Virus record (IMG/VR): IMGVR_UViG_3300032237_000198
Coordinates: 1-36,833 of that record
Length of the DNA: 36,833 nucleotides
Strand: one strand, 5' to 3'
DNA from: a virus
Taxonomy: Duplodnaviria; Caudoviricetes
A program made the translations under genes and the position numbers. How positions within the stretch are numbered: the first letter of the stretch is position 1; the number at the start of each line of letters is the position of its first letter. The notes under the pieces were generated by a model. The model searched no databases, was not told the DNA's origin, and saw nothing but the letters and a program-made list of their open reading frames with translations. Shown one piece after another: positions 25,336 through 34,157 of the stretch.

Positions 25336-25338
25336 ACT

Positions 25339-25509
25339 ATGAATATTTGGAACTGGATTACCGCAAACTGGACTAGCATCGTTGCTGCTATTGGTGGCAT
25401 CGTTTTGTCCGCTCGTATTATTGTTAAGCTGACACCAACCCCAGCTGATGATTCGATTCTCGAAAAGATTGTAAACTTCTTAAAGTCTGTCGGTTTAAAA
25501 ATCGACTAA
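25339..25509 (+). CDS. Putative holin (56 aa; below the ORF-track cutoff)
   Basis: MNIWNWITANWTSIVAAIGGIVLSARIIVKLTPTPADDSILEKIVNFLKSVGLKID; TM segment plus TPTPxDD motif; GGAGG Shine-Dalgarno. Confidence 0.65.
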   Translation: MNIWNWITANWTSIVAAIGGIVLSARIIVKLTPTPADDSILEKIVNFLKSVGLKID

Positions 25510-25515
25510 TTATTT

Positions 25516-25704
25516 GTGCTGCGTGCGCTCCTTGAGATCATCGCAGCTGTGTTTCGCCTCATTCCAAGTTGGAAAGAAAAGCGAGTTCAAAACATCGAGG
25601 GTGAATGGAAGCATAACCGCGATGCTATTGAGCGTGATCTTCGCGGTGAATCTTGGTGGTTGCGCAACAACGACACCAGTAACCCACACGACAGGGATAG
25701 TTGA
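25516..25704 (+). CDS. Putative i-spanin-like membrane protein
   Basis: Hydrophobic N-terminus then a charged helix; overlaps a lipoprotein ORF in another frame. Confidence 0.45.
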   Translation: MLRALLEIIAAVFRLIPSWKEKRVQNIEGEWKHNRDAIERDLRGESWWLRNNDTSNPHDRDS

Positions 25705-25834
25705 GGAATTGATGAAAGATCCTACCTATACTGAAATTCGTCGCGGTACTCCTGGTACTCGCGAATGGGCGAGGAAAGCCTTGAATGCTGTGAATGATCT
25801 TTCATACGAACTGAAGACCGAGAGGAACAAATAA
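25601..25834 (+). CDS. Putative o-spanin-like lipoprotein (start GTG 25601 or ATG 25622)
   Basis: MLLSVIFAVNLGG-C lipobox; Rz/Rz1-like overlap. Confidence 0.55.
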   Translation: MNGSITAMLLSVIFAVNLGGCATTTPVTHTTGIVEELMKDPTYTEIRRGTPGTREWARKALNAVNDLSYELKTERNK

Positions 25835-25835
25835 G

Positions 25836-27713
25836 ATGCCGATCACTGAAGACAAATACAATCGTCGCGCGGATTACCACAAGCGGATCATTGACTGCTT
25901 GAACCAGCGCGAGACTTGGGAGAACCGTCAGCGGTTGTTCTACCAAGCTCGCTACTTTGGTGTTCGTCGCAAGACCAAGCCATGGCCTACAGCTGCCGAC
26001 CTGCACGTTCAGTTGATCGACACAGCTATCGAGCGTCTCAAGCCATCTTTCGTAAACAGCGCGATTGGCAACGACATTCTTTCCAGCTTCGTTCCAATGC
26101 GCGCACAGCTGACTCCGATTACTGTCACTGCCGAGCGTTGGTTTGATTACAAGATGCGCGAACAGACAAATTTCCAGAAAGAGATTGTTTCAGTCATCGA
26201 CAACCTACTGCTCTATGGTCGCGGTGTTGCAAAAGTAATTTGGGACGATCAAACCAAGCGGATCAGCTTCGAAGCAATTGATCCTTTTCATTTGATCGTT
26301 CCCCAGTACACCAAGGAATTAAAAGATGCTGACTTCATTGTCCACATCATCTCGACATCCGTCGACACCTATAAGACCAATCCTCTCTACAAGCAGGACG
26401 AGAACTTCATCAAGCGTATCGCTGGCAAGCCCAACAACTCGGTTGGACTACGCAGCGAGATTCAAGATGAGATCTATCGTCGCGAGGGAATCACGCAAGA
26501 AGCCGAGAATGATCGGATCATCCTGTGGGAAATGTACACTCCGTCGAAGGACGGATGGTTGGTTGAGACGTTCTCACCTCTCGCGGTTGACGAGAACGTA
26601 AGGAAACCATTCACTCTCCCATACGAACACGGAGAACCTCCGTTTGTTGACTTCCCATATGAAATCACAGGTGGCGGTTGGTATAGTCCAAGAGGCGTGG
26701 CCGAGATCCTGCTCCCCAGCGAGAACCTCTGTAATAAGCTCAAAAATTCCCTAAGCGACTACGTGGAGCTTGCCAACCGCCCTGTTTTCGAAGCGCAGAA
26801 TCCGATCTCGCTCAACACAGCGAATCTGAAGATGCAACCTGGCCAGATCCTTCCGCAAGGATTGAAACCTGTCCAGTTCAGCCAACCTCCATTTGACTTC
26901 CAGCGATTGATGCTCGAAGAGCGTCAGCTGGCAGACAATCGGATGGGAAGCAATGATTTCGGTTCTGGTTCGCAGTTTAATTCTCAAGACAGGAAGACAG
27001 CTGCCGAGATTCAGGCGATGCAGGGTCAGGCTGCTGCTTCTGGTGATTTGAGGAATCGCATATTCCGCATGAGCTTGGCTCATCTGTTCCGCCAGTGCTG
27101 GTCGCTTTACGTCCAGTACGCGAAGGAAGATTTGATGTTCCGCTATGCTGACGATACTGGCCAGATGGTTCCTGAGGGAATTCATGAGCAGTACTCGATT
27201 GAGCCAAAGGGTGGATTGGACTTTGTAAATCGCCAGTTCGCATTGCAGAAATCTGTGGCGCGGATGCAGATGTTCCAAAATAATCCTTACATAAACCAAG
27301 GCGAACTGGTAAAGTCGGTGCTTGAACAGGACGATCCGAGTCTCGTCAGAAAGCTATTTACAGACCCGCAAGCTGGATCAGGCGATCAGGCTGAAGATCA
27401 GGCGACAGAAATTGCGACCATGCTGGCCACAGGATTCCCTGTCGCGATTAAGCCTAGCGATGATCACAAGGCGCACATATCAGTTCTGTTTGCGTTTAAT
27501 CAGGCTGCACAAGTTAGACAGCAGCCAGTAGACCAGAGCGCAGTGCAGGTTCTCATGGACCACTTGCAACAGCATTTAGCTGCGCTAGAACAAACTGATC
27601 CGAATACCTCTAGGGCTATTCAGAAACAACTTCGCGATGCAGCTGCTGGACAGGTCAAACAACAACAGCAACAGGCAGCACAAGAACAACAACTCCAACC
27701 ACAGGTAATGTAA
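25836..27713 (+). CDS. Portal protein
   Basis: 625 aa after the terminase; LLYGRGVAKV, RGVAE, RKTAAEI, Gln-rich C-terminal barrel-like region. Confidence 0.88.
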   Translation: MPITEDKYNRRADYHKRIIDCLNQRETWENRQRLFYQARYFGVRRKTKPWPTAADLHVQLIDTAIERLKPSFVNSAIGNDILSSFVPMRAQLTPITVTAERWFDYKMREQTNFQKEIVSVIDNLLLYGRGVAKVIWDDQTKRISFEAIDPFHLIVPQYTKELKDADFIVHIISTSVDTYKTNPLYKQDENFIKRIAGKPNNSVGLRSEIQDEIYRREGITQEAENDRIILWEMYTPSKDGWLVETFSPLAVDENVRKPFTLPYEHGEPPFVDFPYEITGGGWYSPRGVAEILLPSENLCNKLKNSLSDYVELANRPVFEAQNPISLNTANLKMQPGQILPQGLKPVQFSQPPFDFQRLMLEERQLADNRMGSNDFGSGSQFNSQDRKTAAEIQAMQGQAAASGDLRNRIFRMSLAHLFRQCWSLYVQYAKEDLMFRYADDTGQMVPEGIHEQYSIEPKGGLDFVNRQFALQKSVARMQMFQNNPYINQGELVKSVLEQDDPSLVRKLFTDPQAGSGDQAEDQATEIATMLATGFPVAIKPSDDHKAHISVLFAFNQAAQVRQQPVDQSAVQVLMDHLQQHLAALEQTDPNTSRAIQKQLRDAAAGQVKQQQQQAAQEQQLQPQVM

Positions 27714-27714
27714 T

Positions 27715-28257
27715 ATGGCAACCAAGAAAAATCTTAAATTAAGCAAACCACAATTGAAACAGCCTGATATGGCTCCGATTGATGCAGTGCGGAATCCTAA
27801 TTTTCCAACAGCATTGGCACAGCAGGATTATTTAAATAACCTTGCTCAATCGCTCGCAAATTATCAGGCACAGACATATCCGACTGGAGGAACTGCAGAA
27901 TTCGCACCCAATCCAAATGTTCCAAACTTAATGCCAATTGGCGGACTTGGTATCCAACAAGGCTCAGAAGAACAAAGAAGGATGGCATTGAATCCAGGGA
28001 TACCATCAGGTAGCGGAATGGGCGGACAAATTCCAACTCCAAATATGCCACAAAACAAAATGGCAGATTTTAATAACCTCCTTCAACATGGCATGCAACG
28101 GAATCAAGACATGAACCAAGCAGCTCAAAACTTTGCAGGCATGGGCGGACCACAGAAAAGCTTCTCTCAGGTCGCAGGCGGAATTGGCAAGCTAAACCGC
28201 ATGCCTAAGCAGCCTCGTCCGAATTCAATTGCTCCCAGCAATCAGAAGTTAATTTAA
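27715..28257 (+). CDS. Low-complexity Pro/Gln/Gly/Asn-rich protein
   Basis: 180-aa ORF starting 1 nt after the portal stop. Confidence 0.6.
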   Translation: MATKKNLKLSKPQLKQPDMAPIDAVRNPNFPTALAQQDYLNNLAQSLANYQAQTYPTGGTAEFAPNPNVPNLMPIGGLGIQQGSEEQRRMALNPGIPSGSGMGGQIPTPNMPQNKMADFNNLLQHGMQRNQDMNQAAQNFAGMGGPQKSFSQVAGGIGKLNRMPKQPRPNSIAPSNQKLI

Positions 28258-28294
28258 GCTTTGACTTTGTCGGTATAGTCGCTTGTATTGCTTC

Positions 28295-29095
28295 ATGGAA
28301 ATGAAGCAATTTGAATTTAAGCTTCCGTCTTGCAATAATGAGAAATCCGTAAAATTTGTATTGGATTATTCTCAATTCAGCCAAAAGCACATAGGCGTGC
28401 ATTTTGAGCATGGGCAAATGTATGAGGGAGAAACATTTGATTTTATATCAAAAAATCTAAGAAATGGAGACACCTTTCTTGATATTGGGGCGCACATAGG
28501 ATTTTTCAGCATTGTATCCTCAAAAATAGTTGGAGATTTTGGTAAAGTTTATTCATTTGAAATGAATAATTTTAATTACTCTCACTTGCTTGCCCACATA
28601 AGAATAAATGAATCAAAGAATATTGTTCCACACAATTGGACTGTATCGGATAAATCTGGTGTTATTGAATTTTTTAATAATATAGACAATGACGGAGGAC
28701 ATTCATTGTGGGATTGCGGTAAGCATGAATTCAATATTAAAAGCAAGGAAAATCCTAAAAGCATAATTTCTTATTCAATTGCAATTGATGATTATTTTGA
28801 CAGCAATCGCAAGGTAAATTTAATGAAAATTGACACAGAAGGTGCAGAAGTACTTGTTTTGAAAGGAATGCAGAATTTACTTAAAAGAGATCATCCAATT
28901 GTAGTAGCAGAAGTAAATGAATTTGGATTAAAACAGATGGGATTTAGCTATAGTGATTTACGTAAAATTATGTCTGATATTGGGTACAGATGCTGGAAAC
29001 TTGATCTTCAAAAACCAATTGAACTCAAAGATGATGAAAAAGTTGAAAGCGACTATATTTACAATATTGCGTTTTCTATTGAAGATATAAAATGA
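28295..29095 (+). CDS. FkbM-family SAM-dependent methyltransferase
   Basis: FLDIGAHIGFFS, VYSFE, LMKIDTEGAEVLVLKG; visibly AT-rich. Confidence 0.92.
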   Translation: MEMKQFEFKLPSCNNEKSVKFVLDYSQFSQKHIGVHFEHGQMYEGETFDFISKNLRNGDTFLDIGAHIGFFSIVSSKIVGDFGKVYSFEMNNFNYSHLLAHIRINESKNIVPHNWTVSDKSGVIEFFNNIDNDGGHSLWDCGKHEFNIKSKENPKSIISYSIAIDDYFDSNRKVNLMKIDTEGAEVLVLKGMQNLLKRDHPIVVAEVNEFGLKQMGFSYSDLRKIMSDIGYRCWKLDLQKPIELKDDEKVESDYIYNIAFSIEDIK

Positions 29096-29415
29096 GAAAA
29101 CTACGCGCAATCCTTGCTTTTATCCGCCACCAGGAGTGGATTGACGAGCCTAAGTGGGAAGCGGAGGACGAGCGAGCATTAACAGGATTCCTTAGCACGC
29201 TTGCAGGAAAGAAACTTAGCCTTATCCTCCTTAACCTTACTTTACGCCAAAATGCCTCCGCTGTAGAGAAAGACACGAACTCACTTGCAGAGGCTTGTGG
29301 ATATGCTAAAGGTTTCCGTGGTTGTGTTGCGACGATTGAGTCGTTATGCAGCCCCAAACAAAACTCGCCCATCCTCGACAGCAGGGATGGGGTCGATGAA
29401 TCTGCTGTCAATTAA
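29092..29415 (+). CDS. Hypothetical head-module protein
   Basis: Between portal and scaffold; GYAKGFRG motif. Confidence 0.65.
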   Translation: MRKLRAILAFIRHQEWIDEPKWEAEDERALTGFLSTLAGKKLSLILLNLTLRQNASAVEKDTNSLAEACGYAKGFRGCVATIESLCSPKQNSPILDSRDGVDESAVN

Positions 29416-29464
29416 CCTGCGCCATAGAATGACTCCCTGTGGCGCGGTGTAGGAAAGGGTCAAC

Positions 29465-30430
29465 ATGGCTGATTCCAAAGAACCGACTGAACTTGATATG
29501 CTGAAGATGGCTGCAGCATTTGACGCTGGGTTAACTGAAGTACCAGAAGATAATGCTGAAACTACTGAGGCGGTTGAGCAGGAGGTTGAAAGCAGTGATA
29601 ACTCGGAGACACCTGCGACTCCAGAAGATGCCGAAACTAAATCCTCATCGAACGATGAGGTTGTAGATGAAGTCCCTAAGACTGAAACTACATCAACAAG
29701 CTCTTTAACAACGCAATCTGATGAACCCAAGTCAGAGTCAGCTTCCGAAAAGAAGCAAAGCAAGTACCAAAAGGCACAATCTCGACTCGCAAAAGAGTGG
29801 GAAGATGTCAAAGCGGAACGTGCAAGACTCCAAGCTGAAAGGGAATCTATTGAAGCAGCCAAGACTGCAAGGTCTAGTCAAGAAGCTGCTCCAACAGAAG
29901 CAAAGGCAAGTTCTAGCAAGTTTAGCGCGGATGACTATCGCGAAGCCGCAAAAAGCTATCGTGACGAAGGCCGTGATGATCTTGCAAAACTCGCTGAAAG
30001 CAAAGCCGAAGAGATTGAGACTGCTGGCAGGAAAGAGAACGAGCATAAGGCGCAGGCAGAATGGAAGAATGCCTGGGATCAAAACCTTTTGCGAGAAGTC
30101 GAGGCGAATCCAGAATTAAAGGATTCTTCGACAAATCTCTATAAAGCTGTCTCAACCTTACTACAGCAACACGCGATTCTTAGGAACTATCCTAACGGAA
30201 TCAATGATGCGGTAGGTTTGGCAAAGCTTAAACTCAAAGCGGACGCTGCCTCTGACTTGGAAAAGAAGATTGCAAAGTATGAGTCCGAAGTGACTCAACT
30301 TAGAAAGGCAACGACACCTGCAAGCGGTCAACCTTCTGGCCCTGCTCGCGTCAAAGCTTTTCACGAACTCTCCTCGGAGGAGCAAGGACGTGAACTGCTT
30401 CGAATGGCAGCAGAAGCCGATAGATCGTAA
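29465..30430 (+). CDS. Capsid scaffolding protein
   Basis: Acidic low-complexity N-terminus, coiled coils, directly upstream of the capsid gene. Confidence 0.8.
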   Translation: MADSKEPTELDMLKMAAAFDAGLTEVPEDNAETTEAVEQEVESSDNSETPATPEDAETKSSSNDEVVDEVPKTETTSTSSLTTQSDEPKSESASEKKQSKYQKAQSRLAKEWEDVKAERARLQAERESIEAAKTARSSQEAAPTEAKASSSKFSADDYREAAKSYRDEGRDDLAKLAESKAEEIETAGRKENEHKAQAEWKNAWDQNLLREVEANPELKDSSTNLYKAVSTLLQQHAILRNYPNGINDAVGLAKLKLKADAASDLEKKIAKYESEVTQLRKATTPASGQPSGPARVKAFHELSSEEQGRELLRMAAEADRS

Positions 30431-30461
30431 CAGACTAGTTGTTTAAAAGGAAAATAAAACA

Positions 30462-31496
30462 ATGGCTTATGTAACTACTGGCGGATCTGTGTCCTCACAG
30501 TTCCAGACGTACTTCTCCAAGATGCTCTTGGAACGTGCGCTCCCCCTGCTCCAGATGGAGCAGTTTGCAATGAAGGTGGCGTATCCTTCGAAAACTGGCG
30601 GAGATAAAACTATCAAATTCTTCAAATTTGATAATCCCGCTATTGACAAGATTGTTTCTTTGTCTGAGGGAACCACGATTAGTGACGGATCTGATCAGCG
30701 TCAGCTGACTCTGTCCACTGTTGGTGCGACCCTCCAGCAGTACGGCAGTCAGATCGTTCTCACGGACGTTCTCTTGGCCACCGAATTGTTCAACCACCTC
30801 GCCCAGGCCACCAAGCAGTTGGGTGAAGATGCTGCTCTGCACGCCGACACTCTGTGTCACCGCGCGCTGATCCAAGACTCTTCCACATCGACTGGAACCA
30901 ACGTAGCCACGAAGAGCTATGCTCGTTACGCCCAAAACGGAACGAACGGAACTACCTTTGCTGCAGCAACTGGAGCAGCTAACAGCGCAATCACTTCCAC
31001 CGACTTGCTCGATGGCGTGACTGCATTGTTCATCAGCCGTGCGCCTAAGATCAAGGATTCTTACGTCCTTGTCGCTCACCCTGCGGTCATTCGTGACCTC
31101 CAGCAGGATGACGATTGGTTGAAGGTTTCGAGCTACTCGAATCCTGATGCCATCTTCAAAGGTGAAATTGGTTCGCTGTTCGGCTGTAAAGTCGTTTCCA
31201 GCACCAACGTCCAGACGTTTGCAACCGCTACTGCGGGTGTGGCCTCTGCTTCGACTGCTGGTCAGGCTGTATACGGAAACTTGCTCTTGGGTGGAAACGC
31301 TTTCGGCGTTCCTAGCCTCAGCTCAATCGTTGCAAATGGATCGCCCTTTTCGCCGAAGGTCACGATCCTTGATGCTGCCGATAAATCCGATCCGTATGGA
31401 CAGCGCGTTGTTGCGTCCTTCAAGACGTTCTACGCTGCCAAACAATTGGATACTACGTTCTTCCGCGCGATCTTCGCGAAGTCGAACTACAGCTAA
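30462..31496 (+). CDS. Major capsid protein (N4-gp56-like)
   Basis: LSEG, QYG..LTD, YVLVAHP...DL, KGEIG, DKSDPYGQR. Confidence 0.9.
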   Translation: MAYVTTGGSVSSQFQTYFSKMLLERALPLLQMEQFAMKVAYPSKTGGDKTIKFFKFDNPAIDKIVSLSEGTTISDGSDQRQLTLSTVGATLQQYGSQIVLTDVLLATELFNHLAQATKQLGEDAALHADTLCHRALIQDSSTSTGTNVATKSYARYAQNGTNGTTFAAATGAANSAITSTDLLDGVTALFISRAPKIKDSYVLVAHPAVIRDLQQDDDWLKVSSYSNPDAIFKGEIGSLFGCKVVSSTNVQTFATATAGVASASTAGQAVYGNLLLGGNAFGVPSLSSIVANGSPFSPKVTILDAADKSDPYGQRVVASFKTFYAAKQLDTTFFRAIFAKSNYS

Positions 31497-31504
31497 ACAA
31501 TTAA

Positions 31505-31876
31505 ATGGGAACCCTAGTAATCGCTATGGGTCCTCGGAAAGCTGGGGAGGATAAAACCTCCCCAGCCTCTTCCAACGGAGGTCAAATGCACGAAGGAATG
31601 GATAATGGTGGTGAGATGAAGATGCCAAAAGGCATGGTCATGTTGCCTGTATCGATGCTTGAAGTTAATGATGGCGGAGATGCTGTTCCTCCTTCTGAAG
31701 GTGATCACGTTGAACTCAGTGGTGTTGTTCATATGGTTAAAGGTGGAGTCGCTCACATCAAAGTTAATGACGCTATGATGGAAGGCGAATCCGACAATAA
31801 TCAGCAAGACAACATGTCTGAGGAGGATAAAATGCGCGCTTTGGCTCAGAAGGCCGACGAGGAGAACTACAGCTAA
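31505..31876 (+). CDS. Hypothetical acidic head-associated protein
   Basis: Directly after the capsid gene; TAATG coupling to the next gene. Confidence 0.65.
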   Translation: MGTLVIAMGPRKAGEDKTSPASSNGGQMHEGMDNGGEMKMPKGMVMLPVSMLEVNDGGDAVPPSEGDHVELSGVVHMVKGGVAHIKVNDAMMEGESDNNQQDNMSEEDKMRALAQKADEENYS

Positions 31877-32157
31877 TGCCGATTTACCAGTACACCGATA
31901 CCAGAAATGGTTCAGTCGTTGAACTGGAAAAGTCAGTAGCTGAAAGGGACTCAGTCCCTAAGTATCTCAAGCGGTTTACCGTACCACAGCGTTTGGCTCT
32001 TGTTGGTGTTGGCGAACCCCTCGACAACCCACTTGGGACAAATAAAACAAATATTATGAAGGGGTACTACAAACAAGAACAAAAGCTTGGGAGTAGATTT
32101 AAAAGCGAGTTCAGCGCGGATCAGGTGAAACGTGCCTGGAGTCGAAAAGGAGATTAA
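31876..32157 (+). CDS. FmdB-like protein lacking the Zn-ribbon cysteines
   Basis: MPIYQYTDTRNG...E N-terminus. Confidence 0.5.
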   Translation: MPIYQYTDTRNGSVVELEKSVAERDSVPKYLKRFTVPQRLALVGVGEPLDNPLGTNKTNIMKGYYKQEQKLGSRFKSEFSADQVKRAWSRKGD

Positions 32158-32161
32158 AAAT

Positions 32162-32356
32162 ATGGCTAATGAATTTGTACGCAGCACAAGAAAGGCCAAG
32201 AACAAAGCTTTGCGCTTTGACACTCAAGGCTTCACGAACGTATTTGAAATCACAGCAAGCTCCAGCGGTGGCACTGTTAATACCAATGCTACATCGCCTG
32301 CGTCCTTGAACGTGACTCTTAACGGCACTTCCTATCGGATTGCCCTACACAGCTAA
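32162..32356 (+). CDS. Small virion protein (short fibre/spike-like)
   Basis: C-terminus LNVTLNGTSYRIALH; GGAG Shine-Dalgarno. Confidence 0.6.
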   Translation: MANEFVRSTRKAKNKALRFDTQGFTNVFEITASSSGGTVNTNATSPASLNVTLNGTSYRIALHS

Positions 32357-32595
32357 TGTCACGCGCATTAGATAAATTCCAAGCTCAATACGGATTTTCC
32401 GTAGGGACGCAAGGAACAGCTGCTGCTGGCTACTGGGCAATCCAGATGCTTTCAGATACCACATTTAGCGCGATTAGCGGTAGATATGATGGAACTCTGA
32501 CTGGAGTTACGATTGGCTCAGGAAATATCATCTATGGCGAGTTCGACAGCTACACGGCTGGAACTGGCAAGGTGATCGGCTACATAGCTGGTTAA
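32356..32595 (+). CDS. Small beta-rich virion protein
   Basis: 79 aa; IYGEF...GKVIGY; TAATG coupling. Confidence 0.6.
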   Translation: MSRALDKFQAQYGFSVGTQGTAAAGYWAIQMLSDTTFSAISGRYDGTLTGVTIGSGNIIYGEFDSYTAGTGKVIGYIAG

Positions 32596-32603
32596 TGATT
32601 CAA

Positions 32604-32646
32604 GCGACCACACCGCCAAAGGTTCTATCCCTTGGCGGGTGATTGC
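32604..32646 (+). promoter_or_regulatory. Intergenic hairpin (terminator or processing site)
   Basis: CCGCCAA...TTGGCGG core stem extended by GCGACCAC/GTGATTGC. Confidence 0.45.
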
Positions 32647-32657
32647 ATTGTGATTTT

Positions 32658-33029
32658 ATGCCAAGATTGTCTTTAGGCTTGGGCGCGCAAAACATCCGCA
32701 AGGTTGGTGGTAACGGAACTATACCTAGTGGGATTCCTGTGGCGAGTACAACCAATATATTAATTACCTGCCCATCTCAAGGACTGGTTAGTTTTCCATT
32801 CACAAAATTTGCATTTCAAACTCCGTATTATGTGCCATCAATGCCATATTATACCGATACTTTTCTTGTATTTGATAATCCATCCACAGGATCTCCAGGA
32901 TACTGGGAATTTCTACAACCAGATGGAGATGGTGGATATAACACCATATCAGCAAATGTATCAACAAATGGAAATTACATACCTACAAGCGGATGGGCAG
33001 GACAATCCATAACCATCACTGCTGCGTAA
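32658..33029 (+). CDS. Putative virion decoration protein with RLSLGLG leader
   Basis: MPRLSLGLGAQNIRKVGG N-terminus shared with the next gene. Confidence 0.65.
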   Translation: MPRLSLGLGAQNIRKVGGNGTIPSGIPVASTTNILITCPSQGLVSFPFTKFAFQTPYYVPSMPYYTDTFLVFDNPSTGSPGYWEFLQPDGDGGYNTISANVSTNGNYIPTSGWAGQSITITAA

Positions 33030-33033
33030 TAAT

Positions 33034-33810
33034 ATGTCAAGATTATCACTAGGACTAGGCGTGCAGACCACTCGCAAGGTTGGTGGAACAGCTGCACCAT
33101 TCTCGCCATCCAGCTTATCTGGCCTATCCTTATGGCTAAAATCTAATGCAGGCGTTACTCTTTCTGGGTCAAACGTAACAGCTTGGGCAGATCAGAGCGG
33201 AAGTTCAGCATATTGCTCACCATATGATTCAGCACCAATTTTTATATCGAATAGTTTGAATGGATATCCAGTAATAAACCTTTCGCCATTAGACGAAAGC
33301 TCAACAAGAGCATTTAACATTCTAAATTCTGGTTCTATTGTTGGTGAAACAGGAACAACTGCATTTGCTGTTATGTACGTTGATGATGTTTGTAATGAAG
33401 GAAATGGTAACGGACCTATTTTTGGTGATTTTGGAGGTGCTGGTGAATCAACTCATATGCCGTATGGACCAAATTGCTCTGTTTATGATGGTTTTTGTTC
33501 AGCAAACAGAAAAGGTCCTCTTACGGCTCCAAATGATATTGTTAATTTCTGGACTGTTTATTCCGTGGTAAGTGCTGATAATGATTGGAGAAACTACATT
33601 AATGGAGATTTAATGCATTCCAACAATACAAATGTATACAGCAATTTTCCATATGATGATGATACTTTCCGTATTGGTATTGCAAGTCCTGGTGGGCCTT
33701 ACACATTTAAGGGCAAGGTAGCCGAAATTGTTATGTACAACAGAGTCCTTACAAATCCACAACGCCAACAAGTCGAGACGTATCTAAACACTAAATATGC
33801 GATTTATTAA
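33034..33810 (+). CDS. LamG/concanavalin-A-like lectin domain virion protein
   Basis: LSLWLKS, VTAWADQSG, FKGKVAEIVMYNRVL, VETYLNTKY. Confidence 0.8.
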   Translation: MSRLSLGLGVQTTRKVGGTAAPFSPSSLSGLSLWLKSNAGVTLSGSNVTAWADQSGSSAYCSPYDSAPIFISNSLNGYPVINLSPLDESSTRAFNILNSGSIVGETGTTAFAVMYVDDVCNEGNGNGPIFGDFGGAGESTHMPYGPNCSVYDGFCSANRKGPLTAPNDIVNFWTVYSVVSADNDWRNYINGDLMHSNNTNVYSNFPYDDDTFRIGIASPGGPYTFKGKVAEIVMYNRVLTNPQRQQVETYLNTKYAIY

Positions 33811-33928
33811 CCTAGCCTTAGCCTGCATAGCTTTATCTTCCTGCTCGCCACGCAATGTTGACAACAATCCACTTCCTGTATATTCAGACATGGGTGCAGC
33901 ATCCGACCTTGGAGCCACCAGGCCATGA
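33797..33928 (+). CDS. Small lipoprotein (43 aa; below the ORF-track cutoff)
   Basis: MRFINLALACIALSS-C lipobox; ATGA overlap with the next gene. Confidence 0.6.
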   Translation: MRFINLALACIALSSCSPRNVDNNPLPVYSDMGAASDLGATRP

Positions 33929-34149
33929 GCGAAGAACAGGTTTGGAACATGGAAGTTAGGCTGGCGAGAATGGAAGAGCGTCAGCTTCAGCTTTACGCAA
34001 TGGTAGAAAGGTCACTTGCAAACTACGCAGACATTGCTAATAAGGTTAATGCGCTGGAGCATCTAAGGACTAAGATACTAGCCCTATCTGGCGTTATTGG
34101 ACTTATATGCTCAATGGCTTGGGACGTAATAAAAAATAGGAATAACTAG
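33925..34149 (+). CDS. Coiled-coil plus C-terminal TM protein (XhlA/holin-like)
   Basis: RLARMEERQ...KVNALE then ILALSGVIGLICSMAW. Confidence 0.6.
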   Translation: MSEEQVWNMEVRLARMEERQLQLYAMVERSLANYADIANKVNALEHLRTKILALSGVIGLICSMAWDVIKNRNN

Positions 34150-34157
34150 GAGAAAAT

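Noticed and set aside
26751-31079. Long antisense ORFs (26751-27299, 29344-29862, 30495-31079)
   Set aside because: They lie opposite the portal, scaffold and capsid genes, have no motifs or start signals, and are typical codon-bias shadows
21321-32639. Shared 11-mer CCCTTGGCGGG at two hairpins (21321 and 32629)
   Set aside because: Many 11-mer matches are expected by chance in 37 kb, and the hairpins act on opposite strands
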